This document shows positions 29,375 through 39,354 of a stretch of DNA of 64,000 nucleotides, piece by piece. The notes beneath the pieces were generated by a model. It searched no databases and had not been told where the DNA came from. It saw nothing but the letters and a program-made list of their open reading frames with translations. The stretch's first letter is position 1. Each line of letters begins with the position of its first letter. The stretch is taken from IMG/VR virus record IMGVR_UViG_3300037067_012088, positions 32,001 to 96,000 of that record. One strand, given 5' to 3'. This stretch comes from a virus. Its lineage: Duplodnaviria; Caudoviricetes. Position numbers and translations under genes: made by a program.

Positions 29375-30391
29375 TTAACGCCCCGCTGGCACCGTATACG
29401 TCACTTCGCGCGTCTTGGCGGCCTCAAGACCCGATTTGACCCCTCTTTTGGCGTCGTCGCGCACCAGATTCGTGCTGTCCTCTACCCCGAGGGCCTTGAA
29501 GTCCTCCTTGGTGGCTCCAATAAGGGCCACTCTATCACCCTCGCCAGCCTTGTTGACCAAACTCTTCATGTTACGTGACCGGGCGATGAACTCCTCTATC
29601 TTGTCGGGGTTACCCTGCATCTCCTTGGGGATCTCATTCTGGGTCATGATGGACTTGAAGTTGGAGCCCCATGACAGCAGGTTCACCTGATTGAGAGTGA
29701 GCGTGGAAACGGGTTTACCGAAGAATCGGGTAGGGTCATCGCCGCAGAGGTAGAAGTAGTTGGTGAAGAAAGGGGCGACCGCTATCTTGCGCAGGGTGTC
29801 GTTAGAGAAGAGATTGATGGAATCGATATAGGCGAAGAGGAGAGACTCGGTTTCCCCATCACTTAGTTGGTCTATGGCTTCGCGCGTGAGAAGGGGGGTG
29901 GTCAGCCCGGCATCCGTGAAGAAGCCTAACCTCATATACTCGTATTGGACCTTCTGGTCGGCGGCCTGCTCAGCGGTCTTACCCATCAGGCGCGCGCGCT
30001 TATTGGCCAGTTCCCTTACCTTCAATTCAGCCTCGTTAATCTGCACATCCATCTGCTTAACCTGCGAGATGAGGTGGGCTTTGGAGCGGGTCTTGCGCAG
30101 GCTCTCAAGGTAGTCTTCCTGAATGGCCAGTTCCCGGTCTTCCTTGTTACCCCACAATCCTTGGTCCGCGAGCCACTTCTTGACCTGCTCCTCGGTTCTC
30201 ATGCCGCGCCGCACCACGTCCTCAAACGCCCGTTCGCGCACTTCGTCAACCTCGGTATAGTCGAACACACTGAAGTGCTTCACATAGACCGTCTGACTGC
30301 TATGTTGCGTTACCGAGTAGCCCCGGCAGATGTCCGAATAGAGTCGGCGGAGATGAACTGAGGTCTCCACATCAGGCTTCCTGAACCCCAC
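29375..30391 (-). CDS. Putative tail assembly chaperone
   Basis: Position between tail tube and tape measure; helical and charged; start may be GTG 30370. Confidence 0.55.
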   Translation of the reverse strand: MGFRKPDVETSVHLRRLYSDICRGYSVTQHSSQTVYVKHFSVFDYTEVDEVRERAFEDVVRRGMRTEEQVKKWLADQGLWGNKEDRELAIQEDYLESLRKTRSKAHLISQVKQMDVQINEAELKVRELANKRARLMGKTAEQAADQKVQYEYMRLGFFTDAGLTTPLLTREAIDQLSDGETESLLFAYIDSINLFSNDTLRKIAVAPFFTNYFYLCGDDPTRFFGKPVSTLTLNQVNLLSWGSNFKSIMTQNEIPKEMQGNPDKIEEFIARSRNMKSLVNKAGEGDRVALIGATKEDFKALGVEDSTNLVRDDAKRGVKSGLEAAKTREVTYTVPAGR

Positions 30392-30626
30392 CGACTGGCT
30401 GGAAATCGCGCACGAAGTCAGCCTTCAATCCCGCCCATGTGAAGCCGGGTTCATCTTCGTTTCCTTGGTCAGCGTCCGACCAAGTCGTGATATGAGTTCC
30501 CAAGATTTGGATGACCGTATGCACTAAGCCGAACCCCTCGTCGGAGCCGACATACTGCCACTTGGATTGTCGCTTGATGACCATGTTAGGAAGCGGGCGT
30601 TTCGGCGGCGGGGTCTTTGACTCCAT
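30372..30626 (-). CDS. Hypothetical protein
   Basis: GAGGAGG upstream of the ATG; fills the gap between the chaperone-like genes. Confidence 0.55.
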   Translation of the reverse strand: MESKTPPPKRPLPNMVIKRQSKWQYVGSDEGFGLVHTVIQILGTHITTWSDADQGNEDEPGFTWAGLKADFVRDFQPVGGVQEA

Positions 30627-31386
30627 TCTTGAGCGCCTCCTCTAACAGGAAGTCGCTAATCTCTTCGCTGGAGATGTTGCCGCCCGATGACGAATAGAAG
30701 GTCGCGAGCAGTTCGAGCATACTCTTGGCCTTCGCCCACAACTCGTCCTCTTTCTCAACCAGCTTGTCGTAGTAGTCCAGCTTGTCGTCCATGGTTTTGC
30801 CAGTGAAGAAGGGCTCCCACTCGCCTACTGATTCGTCCGCGTTCATCTTCTTGTGATAGGTCATGTTGAGCACCAGCCACTCGATGTGCTTCTGGCGCGC
30901 CTTTGCTTCGGCGGTGTTCTCGAAGTAGGGGGCTTGCGAACGGTGAATCTCGGTGATCTTCTCGCGCAGGTCGAAGAAGCGGTAGCGCAGGGGGCGCAGG
31001 ATATCAGGTTCATCCTTATGGAGCGTCTCGGCTTCGGTCAGCTTAACCTGCACGTCGAGGAATTCGGTCTGAAGCTGCTCAAGCAGGGTGCGATACTCGT
31101 TAGGCAAAGTGCCTCCCTCGTTGGTATATCGCTTGATGAGCATCGCCTCGGTAGTGACGCCCCGCTCCATGAACTTGGTCCACCAGACCGCGCGCACGAT
31201 ATCGGCCTCTTCGCGCTCGGTGCGGCTGGGAAGCTTAAGACAGAAGGGGAGCGAAACGGTCTTCTTGACCTTGGTGGTTTCGGTGATGGTCTTGCCATCT
31301 TCGACGCGGGTGTTGACTTGGTCGATTTCGCGCTCGGAATCGACTGTGAACTGATGGAAAGCGGGGAAGGGCTTTGGTGTGGACAT
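30586..31386 (-). CDS. Putative tail assembly chaperone
   Basis: Position; acidic helical protein. Confidence 0.55.
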   Translation of the reverse strand: MSTPKPFPAFHQFTVDSEREIDQVNTRVEDGKTITETTKVKKTVSLPFCLKLPSRTEREEADIVRAVWWTKFMERGVTTEAMLIKRYTNEGGTLPNEYRTLLEQLQTEFLDVQVKLTEAETLHKDEPDILRPLRYRFFDLREKITEIHRSQAPYFENTAEAKARQKHIEWLVLNMTYHKKMNADESVGEWEPFFTGKTMDDKLDYYDKLVEKEDELWAKAKSMLELLATFYSSSGGNISSEEISDFLLEEALKNGVKDPAAETPAS

Positions 31387-31389
31387 AGG

Positions 31390-31692
31390 TTACTTGAATT
31401 CGATGGTGAAGGAGTTGGTCAAATCGGTCAGGGAGCGCTTGGCATCGTTGCCGCGATCAAGGACCCGCTTCCTCAGTTGCTGACCCTTCTCGGGGGTGAG
31501 ACAATCAGCCAAATCAACATACTGCTTGTAGTCGACTGGGAGCGCATCAACCAGTTTGGCGAGCGCCGCATTATGGTCGGCTTCGACGTCTTCTAGCGTT
31601 TCCAGAAACGATCTGAATAAAGTCGTGACAATCCGTTCCTGTTGGAACCGAAGCACCGCATCAGCGGGCGCGGGAGTATATGCCTGTGCCAT
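31390..31692 (-). CDS. Hypothetical protein
   Basis: Start moved to ATG 31692 because the track's GTG lies inside the promoter box. Confidence 0.65.
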   Translation of the reverse strand: MAQAYTPAPADAVLRFQQERIVTTLFRSFLETLEDVEADHNAALAKLVDALPVDYKQYVDLADCLTPEKGQQLRKRVLDRGNDAKRSLTDLTNSFTIEFK

Positions 31693-31740
31693 GTAGTAGA
31701 ATTCCTTGTGCCTTTGTTGAGGAAACCTCAACGTAGACTG

Positions 31741-31766
31741 ATACACCGAAAGGAAGAAGGTTTACC
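31741..31766 (-). promoter_or_regulatory. Late-type promoter GGTAAAC-N12-GGTGTAT
   Basis: Perfect motif match. Confidence 0.8.
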
Positions 31767-31770
31767 AAAG

Positions 31771-31797
31771 AAAAAGGCCACCCGATTGGATGGCCTT
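31771..31797 (-). terminator. Intrinsic terminator after the tail tube gene
   Basis: GGCCA stem-loop plus U-run on the minus strand. Confidence 0.75.
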
Positions 31798-31817
31798 GGA
31801 GACTGAGGGAACTGAGG

Positions 31818-32927
31818 TTAGGTCGACACGTTACGTCCGCTCATTAGCAGATTCACGCGCGTGTCTGAGCTCGACCCTACCTGACCCTGCCACGACAGAT
31901 TGACCACGCCGGCCAGCGATCCGATATCCTGTGAGTCGAAGGACTGGTTGGTGAGTTTCACGCCGCGAGCTTCGTATGCCACGGCCTCTGAACTAGCGCA
32001 GGGATTCTGAATCGACACGCGGATGTTCTTGGGGCTGTTGGAGCAGATCAGGTCACGATAGGAACCGGTGATGAGGTCACCGAAGTAGAATGACGCAGAT
32101 ACGTTCAGCGGGACCGGGAATGTAGGCACCAGCGCGTAAGGGAACAGGCTACCCAGCTTATTCAGCGGCTGAATATTCGTATCGAAGTTGATGCTATACG
32201 ATTGGGCCTTGAGATCCGAGATGGAAAGGCCAACCGCCGCGTCGGAGATATCAAGGGTAATATCCGAGGGGCGAAGAGCCGCCGCAGTCGGGGCGATGCC
32301 GCTGGAGATAACCGGCAACGTGAAGATCTTATTCGGCACATAGCCGCCCGTGTTCGAAATGTCGATGGCGTAGAGCGGCTGGTTGACGGAGCCCGTGTAG
32401 GTCGCGTAGTTGAGTCCGCGCAGGGCGATGGTGGTTGTCGGAATGTTGCCAACAGAACCTTCCGTGGACCACGAGGCGAGCTGACCATTGCTAATCAGTT
32501 CGCACTGAGATTGGCCGGTCCAACCGATGGCGTCAACACCTTCAGGGGCAAGAGCGATGAAGTAGTTTTTGGTGGCCTGAGATTGGTCAAGAATCGGACC
32601 AAGGGCACCTTGACCGGAGACGTTAAACCCGAGGATGCGCTCGTTGGATAGATCGGCCACGTAATAGCTGAAACCCATCGGAACGGTTGGCGGCTGGGTG
32701 ATTTCTTGCGAAACGTAAGCAAGTTGACCACCCTGATTGATGATCGTATAGTCCTGAGAAAGACCGTTCGTGATAGACTGGATACGTTGAAGGTTCTGAA
32801 TCAGGTTAATACCGGAGTTAGACCCCGTATAGACGTTGTTAAAGCCGGTGTTGAACATGAACCCGGTTGCGGGGGACGGGGAGACCAGAAGGCCATATGC
32901 TTGGTAGAAGCGTCTTACAGTACTCAA
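31818..32927 (-). CDS. Major tail (tube) protein
   Basis: Own promoter and terminator, beta-rich, upstream of chaperones and tape measure. Confidence 0.65.
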   Translation of the reverse strand: MSTVRRFYQAYGLLVSPSPATGFMFNTGFNNVYTGSNSGINLIQNLQRIQSITNGLSQDYTIINQGGQLAYVSQEITQPPTVPMGFSYYVADLSNERILGFNVSGQGALGPILDQSQATKNYFIALAPEGVDAIGWTGQSQCELISNGQLASWSTEGSVGNIPTTTIALRGLNYATYTGSVNQPLYAIDISNTGGYVPNKIFTLPVISSGIAPTAAALRPSDITLDISDAAVGLSISDLKAQSYSINFDTNIQPLNKLGSLFPYALVPTFPVPLNVSASFYFGDLITGSYRDLICSNSPKNIRVSIQNPCASSEAVAYEARGVKLTNQSFDSQDIGSLAGVVNLSWQGQVGSSSDTRVNLLMSGRNVST

Positions 32928-32964
32928 AGGATTAGGTGGTTAAAGGGTTAGCTGTTGATAGTGA

Positions 32965-32990
32965 ATACACCGTTTCGTGCGCTCTTTACC
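32965..32990 (-). promoter_or_regulatory. Late-type promoter GGTAAAG-N12-GGTGTAT
   Basis: Motif match. Confidence 0.78.
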
Positions 32991-33025
32991 ATTTTCTTTT
33001 GTGAGGCAAACGCTACTTGCGTTTC

Positions 33026-33862
33026 TCAGGTAAACGCCATTCGCGGCTTGCTGAGATCGATATCCGCAGCCGAAAGAAAAAACGTCGTGCTCCGGTTCGC
33101 CTTATCGCTAACCTTGTGCATATAAACGTTTTGCACGTAAGCACCATTCAAGCACCCCACCGCGTCATACACGTCCGCACAATAAGACCACGTCGCCGCC
33201 TTCAAATCTCCGCTCGCGGTAATCGGGGCCGCGCCAATCTGCACGTAAGGTATCGTGGAGTGCGCCATGTCTTGTAGAATCGAGTTGAGCCCGTCCTGTA
33301 GGTAGTTGGAGTTGGTGATGGCGAAGACCCCTATGGTGTTCTTGGAGTCGTCGGTGCCGCCCAGTGCCCAAGGCTTGTTCTGACCGCGCGTATTGGTGAG
33401 CATGACCAAGGGAGCAGCCAAAGCCTTACCTTGGAACCCAGTGAGGGCATAGGACACGTTCCTATTGGCCCCGTAGACCTGTTCTAGGACGTAGCTAATC
33501 TCCTCGTTGGACGAGTAATAGAGGTTGACCTCCTTGCGCGCGTAAACGCCACTGAGGGTCGGACCCCAGTTGTGCGGCGTGCTGACTTGACCGTTGACGA
33601 AATCGATGACTAACCCGCTCGCGCGCGTCAGGAACTGGCCGCTTGAATTGTAAAAGCCAGTCGGAACTGTCGCCCCACCCACGCACGAATCATAGACCCA
33701 TGATTTGAACGGACTCGCATACACATTGTTGCGCCCGCCCGTCACGGGATTGAGGTAAAGGGAACCCGTCACATTGACATAAGCCTGCCCGGTGCCGCAA
33801 ATCTGGTGGTCAAGCCAGAGATAGGTACTCGTCATCAGGTTGTGGGCATATTGAGGAATCAT
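33026..33862 (-). CDS. Putative tail terminator/completion protein
   Basis: Synteny directly before the tail tube gene. Confidence 0.5.
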   Translation of the reverse strand: MIPQYAHNLMTSTYLWLDHQICGTGQAYVNVTGSLYLNPVTGGRNNVYASPFKSWVYDSCVGGATVPTGFYNSSGQFLTRASGLVIDFVNGQVSTPHNWGPTLSGVYARKEVNLYYSSNEEISYVLEQVYGANRNVSYALTGFQGKALAAPLVMLTNTRGQNKPWALGGTDDSKNTIGVFAITNSNYLQDGLNSILQDMAHSTIPYVQIGAAPITASGDLKAATWSYCADVYDAVGCLNGAYVQNVYMHKVSDKANRSTTFFLSAADIDLSKPRMAFT

Positions 33863-33865
33863 AGG

Positions 33866-34495
33866 TTAGCCTCGGGGAGAGATGATGCGGGTTAGCTGGG
33901 CGAGAAGGTCGTGGATATAGGGAACGGGACCCAGTTCATTGCCGCGCAGGTTGTTCTTGACCTGAATGGCGGGGCCTGACCGACTTGGGACCCGACTGAA
34001 ATCGCGACTGAGGTCGAACAGGTATTGGGGCAGCCCGGACACCCCGCGCGCGAGCAGCTCGGTGAAGGAGCGACCGGTCCACTCCAGTGCCGTTTCGGGA
34101 TCTGAGGCCATCCATGCGTTAATCTCATCTTCGCTGGGCGCGAGAACATCGGTGTCAAAAGTCACTTGGTCGCCCCTAAGTCGGCCCGCGCGGGTCTTGT
34201 AGAGCACCACGTTGTTCTCCAGATATTGCCTTAGATCGGAGATAGGATGCTGTTCGGCGTAGAAGCCCAGTAGCGAGAAGAGGTTGCCGCCGGTTGAGGC
34301 TAACTGGGGTATCTGACTGTAAGCCCCGGGTCCCGCCGAGATTTCCTGACTCACCGGATGCTCATCAAACGCTCTCAGAAACTGCTCCTTCTTGGTCTCG
34401 AAATCGAGTTTGACATACGGGCGCACCTGTCTGACCAGAACCGGTTCGGCCTGTTTCATGACGGCGATGCGCAGGAGTCTCTCGTTAAGTGGCAT
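33866..34495 (-). CDS. Putative neck/tail completion protein
   Basis: Synteny. Confidence 0.45.
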   Translation of the reverse strand: MPLNERLLRIAVMKQAEPVLVRQVRPYVKLDFETKKEQFLRAFDEHPVSQEISAGPGAYSQIPQLASTGGNLFSLLGFYAEQHPISDLRQYLENNVVLYKTRAGRLRGDQVTFDTDVLAPSEDEINAWMASDPETALEWTGRSFTELLARGVSGLPQYLFDLSRDFSRVPSRSGPAIQVKNNLRGNELGPVPYIHDLLAQLTRIISPRG

Positions 34496-34947
34496 TAATT
34501 GAGGGGCTTGAGATAGAGGGTGCGGAAATTGGGGTCGAACAGACCATGCGGACGCGGCGAGGTGTCGATCATCATGGTGTTTTCATCAAAGACGATACGT
34601 TCGGCGCTGGCAATATAGGAAGCTCCGGTGGGGTCCAGCTTGATGCGAGCATGACCTTCTTTCAGACGAATCTGGTTCTGCGCCAACCCGCCGCCCGCGA
34701 ACGGCACCAAATCCTCTCGTTTCCCCCATAGGATGCGAGCAAGATAGACCCCCGAATTGATGACGGTGGAGGTAATGCTGTTGGTGGGCGCGTTTTGATA
34801 CAGGAAGTTATTGTCGGGATTCGTGACCAAAACGGTTTCAGTGGCACTCTGATAGATGGTGATAGGGCGCCCAAAGGTGGCCTGCATATCGTTAAACACG
34901 TTGTTCAGGTCGTTCTTTTGACTGGAGGTAAGGAGTGATGTGCCCAT
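34495..34947 (-). CDS. Putative head-closure protein
   Basis: 150 aa, beta-rich, synteny. Confidence 0.5.
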   Translation of the reverse strand: MGTSLLTSSQKNDLNNVFNDMQATFGRPITIYQSATETVLVTNPDNNFLYQNAPTNSITSTVINSGVYLARILWGKREDLVPFAGGGLAQNQIRLKEGHARIKLDPTGASYIASAERIVFDENTMMIDTSPRPHGLFDPNFRTLYLKPLN

Positions 34948-34948
34948 G

Positions 34949-35752
34949 TTAAGCGATGTAGCGAATGATGACTATGCCAGAGCCGCCGTTGCCGGCCGAT
35001 TGGGGATTGGAACCACCACCACCGCCACCACCGGTATTAGCTGTTCCATTTTGCGCCGGAGCCCCCTCGGTAGCTCCGTTGCCACCACCACCTGAGCCAC
35101 CTGAACCCGCCGAGCCTGCTGAGCCACCACCGCCACCAGCGTAAGTGACGGATACACCTGAAATCGAGTTCGCAGTTCCATTTCCGCCAGCGCCACCCGT
35201 GCTTCCGACGCCATTGTTGCCGATAGCTCCTGCGCCGCCACCACCGCCACCAGCGGTTCCACTGCCATTACCGCCATTGCTACCCTGAGATCCGGAGCCA
35301 CCCGTGCCAGCGCCCGTGCCACCGCCGCCGCCTCCTGACCCACCGTTGTTACCATTAACCGCGCCGCCACTAGAACCGTTGCCGGCACCACCACCTACGG
35401 CGGTTATCGTTCCGAACACCGAATCGTTGCCATTGCTACCTATCCCGGGCGACGGAGCGGCGTTTCCTCCTCCACCAACGGTTACCGAATAGGATTGGGC
35501 ACTGATAGCGTAGCTGGTTGAATATTGATATCCACCGCCACCACCACCACCACCGTAATAACGTCCGCCGCCGGCACCACCACCGATGACCAATACATCA
35601 ATGGTTGATCCCGGAACGGCAAGAGAAACGTCGAATACGCCATCCGAAGTGAAGGTATGAATGGTATATGCCCCAACGTTCGTAATCGTCCCTCCGGTCG
35701 CGACAATCGTATTGGCGCCCCTCTTCTTGGTGATGATCTGGACATTGAACAT
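34949..35752 (-). CDS. Glycine-rich fibre/whisker-like protein
   Basis: 'HTFTSDG', 'VLVIGGGAGGG', poly-Gly repeats, 'GGSGIVIIRY' terminus; start 35752 or 35776. Confidence 0.8.
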   Translation of the reverse strand: MFNVQIITKKRGANTIVATGGTITNVGAYTIHTFTSDGVFDVSLAVPGSTIDVLVIGGGAGGGRYYGGGGGGGGYQYSTSYAISAQSYSVTVGGGGNAAPSPGIGSNGNDSVFGTITAVGGGAGNGSSGGAVNGNNGGSGGGGGGTGAGTGGSGSQGSNGGNGSGTAGGGGGGAGAIGNNGVGSTGGAGGNGTANSISGVSVTYAGGGGGSAGSAGSGGSGGGGNGATEGAPAQNGTANTGGGGGGGSNPQSAGNGGSGIVIIRYIA

Positions 35753-35765
35753 GTCAGGATTTTCC

Positions 35766-37007
35766 TTAGTATCCAACCCCGAACAATCCGATGGACAGAC
35801 CCGTGATGCCGGTGCCGATTCGATAGATGTCGAGACCTACCCGGTTAAGCCCACTGATCTCCTGATTGAGGCCGCCACTGGCCTTGAACACGGTGCCACT
35901 ATTCAGGAAGAAATCGACAAAGTTAGTCTTGGTGTTGAGAGGGGTGCGCTGATAGAATGATCCACTGAAGAAACCTTGGGTGCCGGTATTGATCACCCCG
36001 ATGCTGTAACCCGTGAAGAAGAAGGAGCGACCCACCACGGCTTCGACACTGTTGAGGCCGGTAGCTAGGTTATACTGGTCATACCAGAAAGCCATGTTGA
36101 CGAAGTTACCAGTGATGCCCGAGAAGGTGTAATTGTTGGTTGTGCCGCCCCCAGCATCGATAGCCGATTGTAGGACTCCTGATATCACCAGATCGCGCGC
36201 GGCAAGGACTCCCGACACTCCGCTGACGAACAAGATGTTGGTGGCGCCACTTGGGACGGTGGGAATGGGCACGGTAGGAGAACCAGAGAAGATGTAACCT
36301 CCCGCCAAGACATAGGTGCCGGTAGTGGTGACGGTATCGGGCACACCGCCTGCCGAAGCGGTTCCGCTGACTCGCACATAGGTGCCGTCATAGGTCAATG
36401 TCACGTTACCCACGCCCGTGAAGTTGGGAGCGTTGATAGCTGACGAACCAGTGACCGAAGTATTGCTCCCACCGCCTCCGGCCGCGCCGCTGATGAACAC
36501 CTGATTACCAGAATGGATTACAAGGGTGCCACCCAATCCGGTGAGGTTAACGATGGGAATGGTTGCGGAACCGGTTACGCGAACAGCTGAAAGGGCACCC
36601 GACATGTTGGTGGTGAAACCCGATAGAGAAGAAAGGCCCGTCGCGGCCAAACCGGATTCGTAGGTGATTTGGGCGTTGAGGATACCCGATGTTCCCGAAA
36701 CGACAAGGTTGGTGGCGAGTTGTCCTGTAAGCACACCGCTGAGTGTCAGATCCTTGTCGAGCACCCATTGGGTTTGGGGAACCGAACTGACGGAGCCGGA
36801 ATAGGGGACGAGAGGAGAGGTGACAAATGTCTTTTCTCCCAGTATTGTCTGAGGGCCGCCAGAAACCGCCATCAAGTAGTCACCCAAGTAACCGCTTTCT
36901 GAGACGTAGGCTAGGATATTCTGATTGAACGCGTCGCCACTTGCCGACTGTTGGACGAACAACGTCAGCTCTGTCTCGTTAATTTGTTTGACCGCAATCT
37001 TGCTCAT
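35766..37007 (-). CDS. Neck/collar fibre-like structural protein
   Basis: 'QTILGEKTF' fibre motif; about 35 SG/TG dipeptides in 413 aa. Confidence 0.65.
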   Translation of the reverse strand: MSKIAVKQINETELTLFVQQSASGDAFNQNILAYVSESGYLGDYLMAVSGGPQTILGEKTFVTSPLVPYSGSVSSVPQTQWVLDKDLTLSGVLTGQLATNLVVSGTSGILNAQITYESGLAATGLSSLSGFTTNMSGALSAVRVTGSATIPIVNLTGLGGTLVIHSGNQVFISGAAGGGGSNTSVTGSSAINAPNFTGVGNVTLTYDGTYVRVSGTASAGGVPDTVTTTGTYVLAGGYIFSGSPTVPIPTVPSGATNILFVSGVSGVLAARDLVISGVLQSAIDAGGGTTNNYTFSGITGNFVNMAFWYDQYNLATGLNSVEAVVGRSFFFTGYSIGVINTGTQGFFSGSFYQRTPLNTKTNFVDFFLNSGTVFKASGGLNQEISGLNRVGLDIYRIGTGITGLSIGLFGVGY

Positions 37008-37010
37008 GAC

Positions 37011-37559
37011 TTACACATTGTATGGCGGCACGTTGGAGTTGTAACCATTGTTGAGACCGAAGTAGAAACTGGACATCTCGACACTGCGCGGCCAACGTGC
37101 GCCTTGCTCGTTTTGGATATACTCAGCAGCGGCGTAATCGAGCGCGGCCTGAGCCTGCTTGGCCATGTCCTTGTATACCTTCATCAACTCAGCTGAACTT
37201 GTGCGGACAATTCTACTGTCACCTTCGGAAAGTGATGTCCAAGTCCCCACTACGCCGCCCGCCCCCGCCGCACTGGCCACCTTTTGCGTCCAATAGTTGA
37301 CTAGGTATTGGAGGCCTAAAATATTGAGGGCTCCGTTATCCAGATCTGGACAAATCGCCCAATTCACACCACTGCCACCATTTGAGCCCGAATAGCAAAC
37401 TGAGATCTTGGCGTTTAGAGCACCTACGACATAATCCTGAGGAAAGTAGCCCGAGAGGGTCAGCGCGGAAAGGTCAGTTGGCTGGCCAAGCGCATACAGC
37501 CACAGGCCTGTGGCCAGAGTCCCGATGTCCGAAGCGTTGCCAGTGCAAGTATAGCTCAT
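37011..37559 (-). CDS. Putative head-tail adaptor
   Basis: 'WTSLSEGDSRIVR' beta hairpin followed by a helix; synteny. Confidence 0.55.
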   Translation of the reverse strand: MSYTCTGNASDIGTLATGLWLYALGQPTDLSALTLSGYFPQDYVVGALNAKISVCYSGSNGGSGVNWAICPDLDNGALNILGLQYLVNYWTQKVASAAGAGGVVGTWTSLSEGDSRIVRTSSAELMKVYKDMAKQAQAALDYAAAEYIQNEQGARWPRSVEMSSFYFGLNNGYNSNVPPYNV

Positions 37560-37567
37560 GCGATATA

Positions 37568-37593
37568 ATACACCGGGAACGAGAGGGATTACG
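37568..37593 (-). promoter_or_regulatory. Late-type promoter CGTAATC-N12-GGTGTAT
   Basis: Motif match; ATG 9 nt downstream. Confidence 0.75.
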
Positions 37594-37595
37594 GG

Positions 37596-37988
37596 CTAAT
37601 CGGTAACCCGAATAGGCAGGTAATCCTTCCCCAATTCATCCAGCCGCATGAAGTAGTCACTACCCTTCTGGGCTAGCGAGAACTTCACCGGTTCGCCGCC
37701 ATGGACGAGACCGCGCATCTTGATGCCTTCCGCGAGCCGGTCCATTTCGTGCTGATTGGAGCGCAAGAAACGGTAGTGCGAGATGGCGAATGACCAGATA
37801 TCACGGATCAGTTGAAGGTATAGGGAGTGGGTAGAGATAATCCGTTCCTCGGGGACGAACCCTAGCTTAGTCTTCAATGGGCGCGGAAGAGGGTTGGGGT
37901 GAGTCTTATCGATGAATTCGCCCAATCGCTTGTTATGTTCTTCCTGTTCTGGGGTAAGGCCCATCGAGTGAAGATATGAAGTCTCCAT
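37596..37988 (-). CDS. Hypothetical protein
   Basis: 130-aa ORF in the late region. Confidence 0.6.
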   Translation of the reverse strand: METSYLHSMGLTPEQEEHNKRLGEFIDKTHPNPLPRPLKTKLGFVPEERIISTHSLYLQLIRDIWSFAISHYRFLRSNQHEMDRLAEGIKMRGLVHGGEPVKFSLAQKGSDYFMRLDELGKDYLPIRVTD

Positions 37989-37990
37989 GG

Positions 37991-38410
37991 TCAGCGCGCC
38001 GGAGCCATGATCTTGCGCAGAATCGCCTCGTTCTCGGGACTCATGCTAATCGGGATATTCTGGCGCGGAATCGCTGCCGCTTGAGTCTGCAAAAACCGCA
38101 CATGAAGGCGATCAACCAGACGGTTACGGTCATCAATGGGAACCTCACCAACGGCCACGGCGTGGTCATACAGCTCCGTGCTCTCCATCCTTTCCAGTTT
38201 GGCGATGTAGACATTGGCGTCGGCCGTATCGTAACCGGTCAGATACTGGTGAGCGGAGGTCGTGGCGGCGCGGGTGGCACCATGAGCCTGAGAGTAGTCG
38301 CGGGTGTCGAACTTGACGGCGGCAGTGGTCTCTTCGGTGTCGTTAACGCGAGGTTTGCGCGAACGGGTCTTAGCAGGCGCAACGGTTTTGGTAGCTGTTT
38401 TCTTTGCCAT
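37991..38410 (-). CDS. Hypothetical protein
   Basis: Likely start MAKKT at 38410. Confidence 0.65.
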   Translation of the reverse strand: MAKKTATKTVAPAKTRSRKPRVNDTEETTAAVKFDTRDYSQAHGATRAATTSAHQYLTGYDTADANVYIAKLERMESTELYDHAVAVGEVPIDDRNRLVDRLHVRFLQTQAAAIPRQNIPISMSPENEAILRKIMAPAR

Positions 38411-38466
38411 ATAGTAGTTTTCCTTATTCCGCACCCGCCGCATGAGCGCATAGGGAGCATAGACAG

Positions 38467-38492
38467 ATACACCGTTTTGGGGTGGGTTTACC
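38467..38492 (-). promoter_or_regulatory. Late-type promoter GGTAAAC-N12-GGTGTAT
   Basis: Perfect motif match. Confidence 0.8.
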
Positions 38493-38496
38493 CAAC

Positions 38497-38526
38497 AAAA
38501 AAGACCCGGTGGTTAGCCGAGTCTCG
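38497..38526 (-). terminator. Intrinsic terminator
   Basis: GAGACTCGG/CCGGGTCT stem plus U-run. Confidence 0.75.
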
Positions 38527-38548
38527 TAGAGATAACGAAATCTGAGTA

Positions 38549-39229
38549 TTAGAACCCCTGATTCAAGGTGTTACTCACGTAGGTGGGGTTATATCCGGAG
38601 AATGCAATCCCACCAATTCCGCATCCAGTGGTAGTAAGAGCGTAGCTGTTGAGTCCGGAGGCCGAAATGAACGTCCCCATGCATCCGCTCAAGTAGTTGC
38701 CTACGTAACTCGTATTCGTGTTCAAGAAACTCTTGCGCCACGACCAGTTGTTGCGCACATAGGCATCGAAGTCCGATGAGGAAAGCTCCACCTTGTCCGC
38801 GACGCTGAAATCGAGCAGATCGATAACCCGGTCATAGTCTTCGAGGTGGTTCTCGGGATAGGTAAGGGGCCATGCCGGGGTGAATTCTAAGCCGAACGAG
38901 AGAGAGTGGTTGACCGAGAACACACCGAACATTTTATCCTTGTTCTGGGCCGCCACATTGGCTTGCATGTCAGTATATTGGCGACTGAAGTCAACTTCGA
39001 GTCGCTCAGTTTGGGTGGCAAATGCCTTGGTCACCTTGGAGACGGCTTCGGTGAACTGCTCCTTCTTTCGCTCGACTACCTTCTGTGCCTCCAGCCAGTA
39101 TCCTGATACCGCTGCGTCAAAGATCGAATTGTGCTTGTCTCGGTTACTCCGAAGAGTCTCCAGTAGTTTGGTCTTCTCGACCACAACCGTATTAAATGTC
39201 GTTACCGACAGGTCTTTATTTTCGCTCAT
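38549..39229 (-). CDS. Conserved hypothetical phage protein
   Basis: 'PENHLEDYDRVIDLL...FDAYVRNNWSW'; has its own promoter and terminator. Confidence 0.75.
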   Translation of the reverse strand: MSENKDLSVTTFNTVVVEKTKLLETLRSNRDKHNSIFDAAVSGYWLEAQKVVERKKEQFTEAVSKVTKAFATQTERLEVDFSRQYTDMQANVAAQNKDKMFGVFSVNHSLSFGLEFTPAWPLTYPENHLEDYDRVIDLLDFSVADKVELSSSDFDAYVRNNWSWRKSFLNTNTSYVGNYLSGCMGTFISASGLNSYALTTTGCGIGGIAFSGYNPTYVSNTLNQGF

Positions 39230-39279
39230 AGATGTAAACTAAACGTAAAGCAAACCCGGAAATAGGTTTGATGAGTAGG

Positions 39280-39305
39280 ATACACCGTTTTGGGGTGAGA
39301 TTACC
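39280..39305 (-). promoter_or_regulatory. Late-type promoter GGTAATC-N12-GGTGTAT
   Basis: Motif match; spacer nearly identical to the 38467 copy. Confidence 0.8.
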
Positions 39306-39354
39306 TTGGAAAACGAACCGACTGTCAATCGATGTCAAGATAAAAGAGGACAAG

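Noticed and set aside
30372-30660. Programmed frameshift between tail chaperone genes
   Set aside because: No XXXYYYZ slippery site near the end of 30586-31386, and the overlapping ORF has its own SD-like sequence and ATG
34960-35600. CCACCACCG-type repeats as a DNA repeat array or CRISPR
   Set aside because: Explained by poly-glycine codons; no repeat-spacer periodicity. No CRISPR array was seen anywhere in the window
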